DNA of 64,000 nt. Origin: Shigella phage CM1. The position numbers and the translations under genes are program-made. Where the stretch lies: the sequence record MK962749; one strand, written 5' to 3'. Shown piece by piece: positions 36,515-46,207 of this stretch (positions within the stretch are counted from its first letter, which is position 1; every line of letters begins with the position of its first letter). The notes beneath the pieces were generated by a model. The model was given only the letters and a program-made list of their open reading frames with translations. It did no database searches and was not told where the DNA came from.

Positions 36515-36590
36515 TTTTCTTGCACACAGGTGTTGACAACGCCAACCCTGTGTGAAATAATACCTTCATCTTAACAAGACAGGGGACCGA

Positions 36591-36851
36591 TTGATGAAGA
36601 TTAAATTGAAAAACCTTGAAACGGCAGAGATTCAGGACGGTGTTGATTTCCGTTCTAAAGATGGTGACATCTTAGAGGTAAATATTCCAACCTACGAGCT
36701 GATTAAAGGTTTTGGCAACGTTCCGGAAGAGGATATTACAGAAATTCTTATGATGTTGATTATTGACGGAACTGTGTTTGTAGGTGAAGGTGAGAACGCT
36801 ATTGCAATCCCAGGCCATTTTTATGAAGTAGTTGACGAAGAGGTGCTGTAA
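36591..36851 (+). CDS. small acidic protein, paralog family member
   Basis: MMKIKLKNL...HFYEVVDEEVL; promoter-like TTGACA upstream near 36533. Confidence 0.45.
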   Translation: MMKIKLKNLETAEIQDGVDFRSKDGDILEVNIPTYELIKGFGNVPEEDITEILMMLIIDGTVFVGEGENAIAIPGHFYEVVDEEVL

Positions 36852-37202
36852 ATGAAAGTAGAAATTACCGGTTTTGATGTGAATGTGGTTCCGGAAGATA
36901 TTTTAGCTAAACTTCCAGAAGGTTTTGGTAACGGCGTTGTGGTGGATGCTGTTCCTCCTACCAAAGACATTCTGCTGCAGTATGGTGTAGCAGAGGAAGA
37001 TGTCGATAAAGTTCTTACAATGATGGCAATCGATCGTGTTGTCGTTGTTAAAGGTCTCGATAATTTTGAGAGTGATCCCCTGATTATTCGTGGAGATGAC
37101 TACAAAATCATCGATAATGAAGGCCAAGAGTTCTATGAACCTTGTGCAGAAGATATTCTTAACTTATTACTGGAAGCAGGTACCGAAGAGGAGGACGAAT
37201 AA
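36852..37202 (+). CDS. small acidic protein
   Basis: MKVEITGFD..., acidic C-terminus EEEDE. Confidence 0.45.
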   Translation: MKVEITGFDVNVVPEDILAKLPEGFGNGVVVDAVPPTKDILLQYGVAEEDVDKVLTMMAIDRVVVVKGLDNFESDPLIIRGDDYKIIDNEGQEFYEPCAEDILNLLLEAGTEEEDE

Positions 37203-37531
37203 TGAAGATTGACCCGTTACTGAAGGCTCGTGCAGAAAAAGCGTACACCATTAAGCTGACCAACCTGGTTCCTACTTATCATCCAGATGTAGGTTGGCCT
37301 GAAGGTCTGGTAGAGGGGACTGTAACAGCTGCATACCTCCCTAACATCAAATACCTTATGGAAATCTTGGAGCTGGATGAGGAAACGGCAGAAGAGTTCC
37401 AGTTGGACATGAAACAAAGTGGGACTCTGGTTATTCACGGGTGGTATAATACTAAAGACGCAGAAGATCCTCTTGTAACTTCTAATCTGGCATATGAAAT
37501 CTTAGGACCTTTGAACCTGGGGGAAGACTAA
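37202..37531 (+). CDS. small acidic protein
   Basis: 109-aa ORF, translationally coupled. Confidence 0.45.
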   Translation: MKIDPLLKARAEKAYTIKLTNLVPTYHPDVGWPEGLVEGTVTAAYLPNIKYLMEILELDEETAEEFQLDMKQSGTLVIHGWYNTKDAEDPLVTSNLAYEILGPLNLGED

Positions 37532-37818
37532 TGAAAGATCTGGTTAAGATTAAGATTAAAGATACCAACGGCGAACTCAGCCATTTTGGAATTAATGATG
37601 GTGACGAGCTGATCGCACACCTGCCTACCAAGGAAGTTGTAAGCAAAGCAGTTGCCGGAGAAGAAGATGCAATGCAGGCTGCAGGTGTGGATGAAAACTA
37701 TGTAGCCATGTGCATGTGCCGAGACCAGGTTGTTCTGTATAAAGCGTATCGACCAAACGGAGCCACGGAGTGGCTTGTATTCCGACCCGAAGGATATGAA
37801 ATCTTAGAGGCACTATGA
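37531..37818 (+). CDS. small acidic protein
   Basis: 95-aa ORF, translationally coupled. Confidence 0.45.
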   Translation: MKDLVKIKIKDTNGELSHFGINDGDELIAHLPTKEVVSKAVAGEEDAMQAAGVDENYVAMCMCRDQVVLYKAYRPNGATEWLVFRPEGYEILEAL

Positions 37819-37907
37819 TAAATCTTGCCAAGGTTGCAACGGCACTGTTAATTATTTGCTGGTCAGTAACCTTAACACTGTGTCTTGTATTTCAGTAAGG
37901 TGCTTAT

Positions 37908-38171
37908 ATGAACATCCTGATGTGGGTTGTAGCAGTGGCGTTTGTTGCATGTTTTTGCTGCTGGGTTGCGGTGAGGATTTCTGTAGCTACCCTTCGGAAG
38001 TTGGGGTTCTCAGAGTGGGATATTAATATCCTTTCTTTTCGCAATGAAACAATCTCAGCCGCCCTGCTCTGTAAGAAATTCAAGTGGGAACCTTGCGAGG
38101 TCATGAACTATCTAAGAACGGGAGATATCCCTGAAAGATTTAAAAAAGTTCTTGACGACAAGGATAAATGA
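37908..38171 (+). CDS. small membrane-anchored protein
   Basis: 87 aa; N-terminal TM ILMWVVAVAFVACFCCWVAV. Confidence 0.4.
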   Translation: MNILMWVVAVAFVACFCCWVAVRISVATLRKLGFSEWDINILSFRNETISAALLCKKFKWEPCEVMNYLRTGDIPERFKKVLDDKDK

Positions 38172-38326
38172 TAGTATAGTGACTAACAAGAGGTGAGGAA
38201 TGACTGATTTTACTGAAGCTTTAATGATGGCCTTGTCTGTTTTAGCGCTATCGGTGTGTTTTGGGGCGTTATTTACATCTCTGGTTAAAGTTTTACATAC
38301 AGTATTATTACCTAAGGGGCGCAGTA

Positions 38327-38578
38327 ATGACGAAGATTGACTTGAATGCTGGCGACCATGTTGTTGTCAAATGCATCGGAGATTATCTTGGATTCACAAT
38401 CGGCAATACTTACGAGGCGGTAGTGGCGAAGGTTTATCATGATAAAGTCCTCAGTCTTGTATTTGACTGCGATGATGATGGAGATGACCGATACGTCTGT
38501 GAGGTGCTGGCACGAGACGACAGTGAAGACCAGAAATTCCTGGTTATTGAACTGAACGGTATTTTTGTAGAACGTTAA
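38327..38578 (+). CDS. hypothetical protein
   Basis: ORF 38261-38578; start at MTKIDL with AAGGGG RBS. Confidence 0.4.
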   Translation: MTKIDLNAGDHVVVKCIGDYLGFTIGNTYEAVVAKVYHDKVLSLVFDCDDDGDDRYVCEVLARDDSEDQKFLVIELNGIFVER

Positions 38579-38606
38579 TTTAAAACAACATAAGGAGACT
38601 CTTACT

Positions 38607-38912
38607 ATGGCTAAATCTAAAGTTGAACTGTTCACCTCTCTTCCTTCTGACACTGCAGAGCGTGATCGCCTTCGCAAGACAATCGAAGAACTGGTGGAAC
38701 TCCAACTTCAGATTAAAGATCTGAAAGATGCCATTAAGGATATCATTCTCGTTGAGAAGCAGGATCACCTGTATTCTCCTAAATTCATCAAATCTCTGGT
38801 GGCTACCGAGTTCGATATTCGCTATGAGGCTGAAAAACGTCGAGCTAAAATCGAAGAAGAGGTTGAGCACATGTCCGAGGCAGACATTTTGTTCAAACGC
38901 TCTGTAGAATAA
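38607..38912 (+). CDS. hypothetical coiled-coil protein
   Basis: 101 aa with RBS AAGGAGA. Confidence 0.45.
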   Translation: MAKSKVELFTSLPSDTAERDRLRKTIEELVELQLQIKDLKDAIKDIILVEKQDHLYSPKFIKSLVATEFDIRYEAEKRRAKIEEEVEHMSEADILFKRSVE

Positions 38913-38966
38913 TGACAAAAAGAGGGGCTTGGGCCCCTCTTTTACTATCTATGAAGGAGATTTGAG

Positions 38967-39293
38967 ATGGGTATACCGATCACTGTAAAAGAATTGAATG
39001 AACGTGATGCAGGTGGTCTATGGCCTGCACGAAAAATCCGCTGCGTCTATATGAAAGAGAATCTTGAACATCTTGATCAACAGATAAAGGTCGGCGATAT
39101 TTTCGAGGTCTTCTATTCCAATCGGCGCAACTGGGAAACCATTCAGCCTTCTGGTTTTGTTCTTGCCAAACTTGACACTGGAGAAGTGATTATCCCTGGG
39201 TTGGATATTGTCTTCGAAATTATCCAAGAGTGGGATCCGGATAAGATTAGATACGAAGAATTATTCGGTAAAGGTATTATCAAACCTGTGTGA
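38967..39293 (+). CDS. hypothetical protein
   Basis: 108 aa with RBS GAAGGAGA. Confidence 0.45.
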   Translation: MGIPITVKELNERDAGGLWPARKIRCVYMKENLEHLDQQIKVGDIFEVFYSNRRNWETIQPSGFVLAKLDTGEVIIPGLDIVFEIIQEWDPDKIRYEELFGKGIIKPV

Positions 39294-39601
39294 GGTGGAT
39301 TATGTCTACAAAGGCGGCTAAATACTCCTATATGCCATCAACCTCTGCAGAGGTAGACTTTAGTTTCGATGTGTTTCCACTGTTTGAGGTGATTCTGGCA
39401 TACCCAACAATACTATCTACTCCTGAATCACTTGTACCTGTTAAGTTGCAGAACGCTATGCATTCTATGCACTACAACAATAAATGTAGGCACAGATGGT
39501 GTCAGGACGAGGAAAAAGATTTGGATAGTTTGAGGGATTTTGACAGTCACCTTTTGACACCTTTCAGCTACTCCAACCTTGATAAGCCCTCATGGGTATA
39601 G
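39290..39601 (+). CDS. hypothetical protein
   Basis: 103-aa ORF. Confidence 0.4.
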   Translation: MRWIMSTKAAKYSYMPSTSAEVDFSFDVFPLFEVILAYPTILSTPESLVPVKLQNAMHSMHYNNKCRHRWCQDEEKDLDSLRDFDSHLLTPFSYSNLDKPSWV

Positions 39602-39619
39602 CAAAATATCAAATTTAAG

Positions 39620-39655
39620 ACACCTAGGACGCTCTGTGGCGTCCTTTTCTTTATC
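39620..39655 (+). terminator. rho-independent terminator
   Basis: Hairpin AGGACGC-TCTGTG-GCGTCCT then TTTTCTTT; approximate. Confidence 0.55.
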
Positions 39656-39863
39656 TGGTGCACGATTGCATACCTTGGACAGATAATCTCGTTACAGAGC
39701 GTTTAAGAGCTTTCTACAAACAAGTCTCTCTTTCGAGCGTAGCGAGAACGCACGTCCGTTTTGACCCAAATCACCATACGCTCGGATTTTAACCAAACCC
39801 TCGCGGCGTTTCTGTTGACACATTACCGCTCCAGTGATAGTATCCACACATAGTTTGGAGAAT

Positions 39864-39965
39864 ATGGAATACACAATGAGAACATTGTCTGAAGTTTTAG
39901 TGGTGATCCTGATGATCATTACGTCCATAGCGGCTGTTGCCGGAATACTCACGGGTGGAACATGA
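39864..39965 (+). CDS. 33-aa membrane peptide
   Basis: RBS GGAGAA; MEYTMRTLSEVLVVILMIITSIAAVAGILTGGT; stop overlaps next start. Confidence 0.35.
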   Translation: MEYTMRTLSEVLVVILMIITSIAAVAGILTGGT

Positions 39966-40165
39966 TCAACACACATGCATCTGAAGGAGTGACGACCATA
40001 TGTAACCTGGATGAGCCAGTTAAAGAGGAAAACTTAGATTCTGATGACTCTTCATCTTCGTCCCAGACAGATCCTGAGGCTGATGACCTAACGTGGGAAG
40101 ACATCGTAGACATCTGGTTCTCTATTATGCCTGAGCACGAAGAGTTCAGAGGTGGTAGACTATGA
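39962..40165 (+). CDS. hypothetical acidic protein
   Basis: 67-aa ORF. Confidence 0.3.
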   Translation: MINTHASEGVTTICNLDEPVKEENLDSDDSSSSSQTDPEADDLTWEDIVDIWFSIMPEHEEFRGGRL

Positions 40166-40286
40166 AGCACCGAGCCCACACAGGTTCCTCATGCTAAAGC
40201 ATGGCCTGAAGAGGCAAACGTGCATAATTCCAGCGTATTGGAACGTATAAAACCCTGTTCACACTCTCATTTCCAGAGGAGATTTC

Positions 40287-40502
40287 ATGAAGATAGAAAT
40301 ATTTGGTGGAGCTGACAACACTCGTGGCCTGATTTACCTTGAATTCGATGAATCATACCTGCCAGAGGTGTTAAATATAGACTCTGTTGCTGAGGCTTTG
40401 GGAGTAAACCCTAAAGAACTCCACTCTTGTGCTGAGATCGATGGTTGGGAAGAGACCATGAACATTGATTTCAGTGAAGTAGAGGATGAACCGCTGGACT
40501 GA
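40287..40502 (+). CDS. small acidic protein (MKIEIFGG N-terminus)
   Basis: 71-aa ORF with RBS AGAGGAGA; last plus-strand gene before the gene desert. Confidence 0.4.
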   Translation: MKIEIFGGADNTRGLIYLEFDESYLPEVLNIDSVAEALGVNPKELHSCAEIDGWEETMNIDFSEVEDEPLD

Positions 40503-41533
40503 CACACAATTAGCTGCCCGGCTAAAGTGCTGGAAGCGCACCTATAACACATCTTTCAACTAAATTTCCCACCACCACAATCACTTACCTTCCACACATG
40601 ACTGTTTGCTTGTTTAGTGAGCAGTCATGCCTTAACATTCTTGCCTATCCTGATAAAATTAAGTTCTTCTCTTTTCTTTTACCGAGTAATTCGGGTTTTC
40701 TGTTCTCTTCGGTTTGAAGGGGTATGGAGATACACCTGAGTGAACAGGGTGAACAACCGAACATTTGGCTATGGCATTAGCATGGCGAAGCGGACGGGTG
40801 ACGAAAGAGGGGCCGGAGGACACCAGTCACTGCCATATGATATATGGGTGATAACCTGAAGAGTCTGAATAAGTGTTTAAGTACCAGTCAGAGGAAAAGG
40901 TGAATGGTAGCCGAAGGGGGAGGGGGGTTTCTTGTATCTTTAATTTGTATATTATGTATACACTTGTAAACCAATATCATCTAAATCTGTTTACCACACA
41001 AAGTGGATAGAGACAAATATTACCTATTAAACTTGAATTATTTATAGAAAATACCACAACACCACTTAAGTCTTTGATTTTACACACAAATCTTACAGAT
41101 ATTCAACCCCCATATTTAACATACCTGTAACATATTCCATACTCTACCCGCCTGATCAATTTCCCCAACTACATCCCCCATATTTCCCCCGTCTGTACTA
41201 CCACTGCCCCGCCGGGAGTCCCGTCATATCTGGCTTTCCAGCAAATATCACACCCACAAATATCATTGCCTGAAGAGGGTTTCATCCCATAATACATGCC
41301 TTACCTGAAGAGCGCTTCATACACCACGTAAATTTTTTAATTGACCTGCAATTTCTCCTCAGATATCCCCCTGTCCCGCCGGAGAGGTTGTCTTTTCCCA
41401 CACAGACCTGAAGAGTCAGTCAGAAATATCTGAATAGTCCCAATTCTACCACGATTTTGACCTGACCTACAGGGAGGCCCGAAGGGTCTAGCTTTCAGCT
41501 AGAGCCCTTGCAGGACCTACAGGAGCGCTGCCA

Positions 41534-42579
41534 GGCGGACGGAATGGGAATACTTCTCATTCTTATAACAATTCTCAAATATCGAGGCAGTGAGAGAAAT
41601 TAATAGGCCAGGCCGTTCACACAGTGGCACAACATTTGCAACCTATTTTGTGTGGATGAATGAGAATACCTATCATTGTGAGAACTGTTATCATTACGGG
41701 CAATTTAACATAATACCCATTATGCGCACCACTGGCGATACATACAGGGATTGATAACATGGGTTACTGTTTACGCACATAACAATTATATTTCTTATTA
41801 TTTGTGGGGGATATAGTTAGCAGCCAATAGATTAGATATTGACCTGCAGACTTCTGACCGTCTAGACGTCTAAACGCCCACACATCAAGGGTTATACATA
41901 CATTACTGAATGTAAACAAGGCCGCAAAAATGCTACCATACCAGTTTGTAAATTTTTCATGCAGCACTTGACAAAGAGGAGGAAAACTTGTCTGACATAC
42001 TGTGACATAATATGACATAATAGTGACACACTGGGCATACTCAACACACTGGATACGGCGGACGGAATGGGAATACTTCTCATTCTTATAACAATTCTCA
42101 AATATCGAGGCAGTGAGAGAAATTAATAGGCCAGGCCGTTCACACAGTGGCACAACATTTGCAACCTATTTTGTGTGGATGAATGAGAATACCTATCATT
42201 GTGAGAACTGTTATCATTACGGGCAATTTAACATAATACCCATTATGCGCACCACTGGCGATACATACAGGGATTGATAACATGGGTTACTGTTTACGCA
42301 CATAACAATTATATTTCTTATTATTTGTGGGGGATATAGTTAGCAGCCAATAGATTAGATATTGACCTGCAGACTTCTGACCGTCTAGACGTCTAAACGC
42401 CCACACATCAAGGGTTATACATACATTACTGAATGTAAACAAGGCCGCAAAAATGCTACCATACCAGTTTGTAAATTTTTCATGCAGCACTTGACAAAGA
42501 GGAGGAAAACTTGTCTGACATACTGTGACATAATATGACATAATAGTGACACACTGGGCATACTCAACACACTGGATAC
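41534..42579. repeat. tandem direct repeat, 2 copies of about 523 bp
   Basis: Minus-strand track ORFs 41764-42153 and 42287-42679 share an identical 96-aa C-terminal segment; likewise 41892 and 42415; both offsets 523 nt. Confidence 0.85.
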
Positions 42580-42599
42580 AATAACAATTGTTACTATTG

Positions 42600-42960
42600 C
42601 ATGCCTCACTGTTCACGCATAGATGATAAGCCATGCCATTCGTTTGCATGAAAACAATTAACAAGATAACAATCGACAAGTTAATAATCTTTCGCTGGCT
42701 ATGCCAGGTGACTAGGTCACCCCTTCGGGCGTTCCTATGACATAATATAAAAGCAGGGCAACTATTAGCAGATCTATAGTTGCCTTGCTTGTTATGTCAT
42801 GATTAACTAAATACAAGGCAACTATGATCTGATTAATAGTTTGCAGACAAACTATCACGGGGGTGATGGTTACTGCTTTTATATTATGTCGCGACTCCGT
42901 CGCGCCATGCCATTCGTTTGCATAGTTGCCTTATTGTTACAGATAAAATAATTGTATTGT
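42600..42960. repeat. cluster of inverted and direct short repeats (iteron-like)
   Basis: GGCAACTAT-N10-ATAGTTGCC; 18-bp inverted pair GACATAATATAAAAGCAG / CTGCTTTTATATTATGTC about 110 bp apart; GCCATGCCATTCGTTTGCAT twice; palindrome GGTGACTAGGTCACC; approximate. Confidence 0.6.
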
Positions 42961-43539
42961 TAATTATTTCTTATCTTTCTATTAGTCATCTAATGATTTC
43001 AGTTAATATAGTAACGTACAGTAAACATTAGACGACTAAAGATTTCTCTGCTTATGGTAACCTAACGTGACAATTCCAGACTGTTTACGAAAAATGTTGA
43101 CACCTGGGCCGATTTATGTTATGCAGTTTACACGAATAATTATTTTATGCAGGTATTGACTATTCCGTTATTCTATGGTTGGAATAAATGCTTAGCAGGC
43201 TATAGAATGGCGAGCGTACGTAAATTCTGAGATCTGGCGGCTATAGTTATACTCAATTTTTCACGTAGAAAACGTTTTTGTAGTTATGTAAGTGTATGAC
43301 TTATAAAGATTTTTAGTTGTTGACAAGCTATTGAAGATATGCATCAGGTTAAATTTTGTGCAATAGCGGCATTACGTGCACTTTTGGGAGAGAAAACGGG
43401 TAAAAATGGACTTGCTACCACACAATGAAAAATTATGCAATAGTTATTTTCCATGTATATTTGTACAGTATGTGGGATTGATGGCTAGTCCATTATTCCA
43501 CTTGCCAGGTAGGGCCGTTTATGGTAGGAGAAGAGCAGA

Positions 43540-43570
43540 CAAAGAGAAAGGGGCCTAAGCCCCTTGATAA
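43540..43570 (-). terminator. rho-independent terminator at end of minus-strand gene array
   Basis: Hairpin AAGGGGC-CTAA-GCCCCTT, T-rich tract following on the minus strand; approximate. Confidence 0.5.
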
Positions 43571-43583
43571 TTCAGTTAAAAAA

Positions 43584-44003
43584 TTATAATGATTCGTATA
43601 TTTCAAAAATCCGATTTGCCAGGTCGTTACGGTAGCGGAATTTTTCCTCACGTTTGATCATAAGATCTTTATAGCCGTACTCTTTAAGCACTTCATTAAC
43701 TTTATAGCGGCATACTTTCATATTATCCTGCGCGTCACCAATAAATCTGTTGCTATGGTGCATGGCTTTAATTTCTTCTTCCAGGACCAGGGCAACTATG
43801 CGGACCGGATCAAGCTGATAGGCGGTAACATCCATGCGGCATTGTAAACGGCTTTTTACGTCTGCCACCGGATATACTGCAACCTCTTCCCCGTCAACAT
43901 TGACAATAATTAGTTTACCATCGATTTCGAATCCTTTCGCCGCCGGACCGTGACAAAAAGCGTTATCAAAGCTATATGCCGGATTATTAGATTTAATGTT
44001 CAT
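43584..44003 (-). CDS. hypothetical protein
   Basis: 139-aa ORF. Confidence 0.45.
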   Translation of the reverse strand: MNIKSNNPAYSFDNAFCHGPAAKGFEIDGKLIIVNVDGEEVAVYPVADVKSRLQCRMDVTAYQLDPVRIVALVLEEEIKAMHHSNRFIGDAQDNMKVCRYKVNEVLKEYGYKDLMIKREEKFRYRNDLANRIFEIYESL

Positions 44004-44148
44004 GGTGTTTTTACCTCTTAGTTAATTTTCTTACAACTTCCCTTTAAAAAAGAATATAGCAAAACTGCCGATCCCTGTCAACCAGGGATAGCATAATTTT
44101 TTATGTGATCAAGGGGCTTTATTGCCCCTGACCATGTAACTTGTTGTA

Positions 44149-44412
44149 TTATTTGTTGCTCATCCAGTTTTCCCAAGCTGCCTGATAATCTGCCTCACTA
44201 CGGCGGATCTCTTCTTGCTCTTCAAGGCGGATCTCTTCTTCCAGGTACCCCAAGATGTCAGCCTTTTTAGTCTGGCGTAGCATCCAGTCATCTTTTTTGC
44301 GAGTGAAGATCTTATAAGCTTTCTCGCAAACCTCTTTTTTGCTACCTTTCTGGACTTCAAGAACACGATAAGCCATATATTGAACTAATTTGAGCTGATC
44401 AAGACGTTTCAT
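44149..44412 (-). CDS. hypothetical protein
   Basis: 87-aa ORF. Confidence 0.45.
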   Translation of the reverse strand: MKRLDQLKLVQYMAYRVLEVQKGSKKEVCEKAYKIFTRKKDDWMLRQTKKADILGYLEEEIRLEEQEEIRRSEADYQAAWENWMSNK

Positions 44413-44472
44413 GATGTTTACCTCTTTGTGCGGTTCTGATTAGTGGGCCTTTTGGCCCGTGTCATTATCTTA

Positions 44473-44745
44473 TTACTTATGGCGGCAGAATTCAAGCGTT
44501 TTTAATTGATAATCTTCCTCAGCTTGGAGTACGACCGCCTCGATCATTTCGTTGGCATTGTTAAAGCCATAACCTTTAGCGAACTCATCCGCGCCACCTT
44601 CGTGATCATGTTCTGCGTTCATCGCTTCCACAAAATGGAATTCCAAATTGTTGAGGTAGGGGCTTGATGTTCCGTCCTCTTTTTCGATGAGATCCCAAAT
44701 AGCATTAAAACGTGATTCGACTTCTTGATTAATCCAGCTTGACAT
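44473..44745 (-). CDS. hypothetical acidic protein
   Basis: 90-aa ORF. Confidence 0.45.
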   Translation of the reverse strand: MSSWINQEVESRFNAIWDLIEKEDGTSSPYLNNLEFHFVEAMNAEHDHEGGADEFAKGYGFNNANEMIEAVVLQAEEDYQLKTLEFCRHK

Positions 44746-44962
44746 AGTGTTTTCCTCTCTCCTGGTTGTTGTGTGGGCACTTTTGCCCCTTCAAGATAAA
44801 TGTTACCTCACCCCATGGCAGATGTCAACGGTTTTTATAGTTCTTATATGACAGGCAGACCTGGTGATTGTCTCCCCCTGTTCCCAAGTGCCGCCCGTTT
44901 AATAAGAATAGCAAAAGGGGCCGAACAAGTCAACCCCAAAATCAGTACCAAAACACTTTTAT

Positions 44963-45274
44963 TTATACGGTCCGATCATTGGCCTTTGTCCAGGACCTGG
45001 CGATCCGTTTCCCGGTCACCTGGAACGGAGGCTGCATTGTGTGTAATGAGTCCAGAGTAAGGGAGGACCGTTTACGGCGTATCTTCAGGATTGCTAACGT
45101 ATTGTCCATCTCACGGCCAGGTCCTGGGCGGTATGGTGTGCCTCCAGCGTTAAGGTTGATGATCTCATGTATTGAGATCCGGCGTTGTTTTGCTTCCGCA
45201 TCTTTGAAGATAGCCAGCGGAGGCGCTATGCGTTGCCGATACCAATCTAAAACGGTTGGCGTAATAGCGATCAT
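44963..45274 (-). CDS. hypothetical protein
   Basis: 103-aa ORF; plus-strand ORFs overlap it. Confidence 0.3.
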   Translation of the reverse strand: MIAITPTVLDWYRQRIAPPLAIFKDAEAKQRRISIHEIINLNAGGTPYRPGPGREMDNTLAILKIRRKRSSLTLDSLHTMQPPFQVTGKRIARSWTKANDRTV

Positions 45275-45462
45275 ATTTTACCCCCTATGTAGTCCGGTCG
45301 GTTTTTCTCTGTCATACGCTTAAGCAATTCTTGCATGTTGCTTATGGCTTGTAGTGTATCCTCTTCAAGGGATGAATCAAGATAATCAGGATCATTCTTC
45401 ACCTTGCAATGATTATGATAACGCAGTACCGCCAGTACTTTTTTAACTTCTTCCGCTGTCAT
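45271..45462 (-). CDS. hypothetical protein
   Basis: 63-aa ORF. Confidence 0.4.
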   Translation of the reverse strand: MTAEEVKKVLAVLRYHNHCKVKNDPDYLDSSLEEDTLQAISNMQELLKRMTEKNRPDYIGGKI

Positions 45463-45470
45463 TATCGCGC

Positions 45471-45605
45471 CTAAAACAATGAGTTAATATATAACACCAG
45501 ATCGCTGACTACCAGGACAACATTAATCAGCACATACCTAACCATAAAGGGAAAGATCACCAACATTGCCGCCACGATCCCCATGGTAATAATTATCTTT
45601 CTCAT
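45471..45605 (-). CDS. 44-aa membrane peptide
   Basis: ATG 2 nt after upstream stop; MRKIIITMGIVAAMLVIFPFMVRYVLINVVLVVSDLVLYINSLF. Confidence 0.35.
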   Translation of the reverse strand: MRKIIITMGIVAAMLVIFPFMVRYVLINVVLVVSDLVLYINSLF

Positions 45606-45607
45606 GG

Positions 45608-45892
45608 TTAACGGTTCACGTAAGTTTTCCCGTTTACGGTTATCGGCAGATCCTCCAGGTCTGGATCTTCTTTAAGGTCGTGAGCAAGTTCACCGCACCG
45701 AACGCCCTCGAATCCGTAGTACTCTGTCGTGCCATCCTGGAAAGTTTTAGCGGCAAGGCATAGGCGATAAGTAACACCGATTTGATTGACGGCATGGATA
45801 TCAGTTAGATCTACCTCTTTTGCCAGCTCTTTGGCCATTACAGGCGCATTAAGTCCAACAACCAGGGCAACCACTGCGATCATCTTTTTCAT
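45608..45892 (-). CDS. small secreted protein
   Basis: 94 aa; signal peptide MKKMIAVVALVVGLNAPVMA; two Cys in mature part. Confidence 0.5.
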   Translation of the reverse strand: MKKMIAVVALVVGLNAPVMAKELAKEVDLTDIHAVNQIGVTYRLCLAAKTFQDGTTEYYGFEGVRCGELAHDLKEDPDLEDLPITVNGKTYVNR

Positions 45893-45983
45893 TGTATCTA
45901 TCCTCTTTCTGCTACGTTTAAGGCGGCGGCAACCGCCTGTTTATGCTTTGTTGGTTAATTTTCGGGTATCGGTATAAATTAAA

Positions 45984-46199
45984 CTATGCTGTACGCTCAA
46001 CTATAACAACGGCTTGAGGGATCTCACCTTCCACCACTATCAAGGCTTTTTTCTGCGTAATGGATATCTTTACCCGCTTCAGCGTGGCGGTAAAGTCTTT
46101 CATTTCGTCGCGTGGTGTTTTAGTGCAATGCCAGATCTCAGGCTTGCCGATCTGCAAGTTGCGTAAAAATTCTGTTTTGCCTGTTTTGTTAGTGATCAT
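45984..46199 (-). CDS. hypothetical protein
   Basis: 71-aa ORF. Confidence 0.4.
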   Translation of the reverse strand: MITNKTGKTEFLRNLQIGKPEIWHCTKTPRDEMKDFTATLKRVKISITQKKALIVVEGEIPQAVVIVERTA

Positions 46200-46207
46200 T
46201 TGCCAAC

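Noticed and set aside
41764-42679. Minus-strand ORFs of 129/130 aa (41764-42153, 42287-42679) and 69/64 aa (41892-42101, 42415-42609) with identical C-terminal sequences
   Set aside because: Their identity is a by-product of the 523-bp tandem repeat; no RBS or promoter, Cys/Tyr-rich low-complexity translation. Used only as proof of the repeat.
43376-43558. 60-aa plus-strand ORF at the edge of the gene desert
   Set aside because: No RBS, runs into the minus-strand terminator hairpin, isolated from any plus-strand operon.
40503-43583. tRNA genes or an IS/transposon in the gene desert
   Set aside because: No tRNA-like T-loop or acceptor structure found by eye and no transposase or integrase ORF; the repeats are tandem, not terminal inverted repeats flanking a gene.
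44800-45323. Plus-strand ORFs 44800-45060 and 44868-45323
   Set aside because: Opposite to the surrounding minus-strand operon and overlapping minus-strand ORFs; Pro/Arg-rich translations without RBS. The region is still poorly explained.
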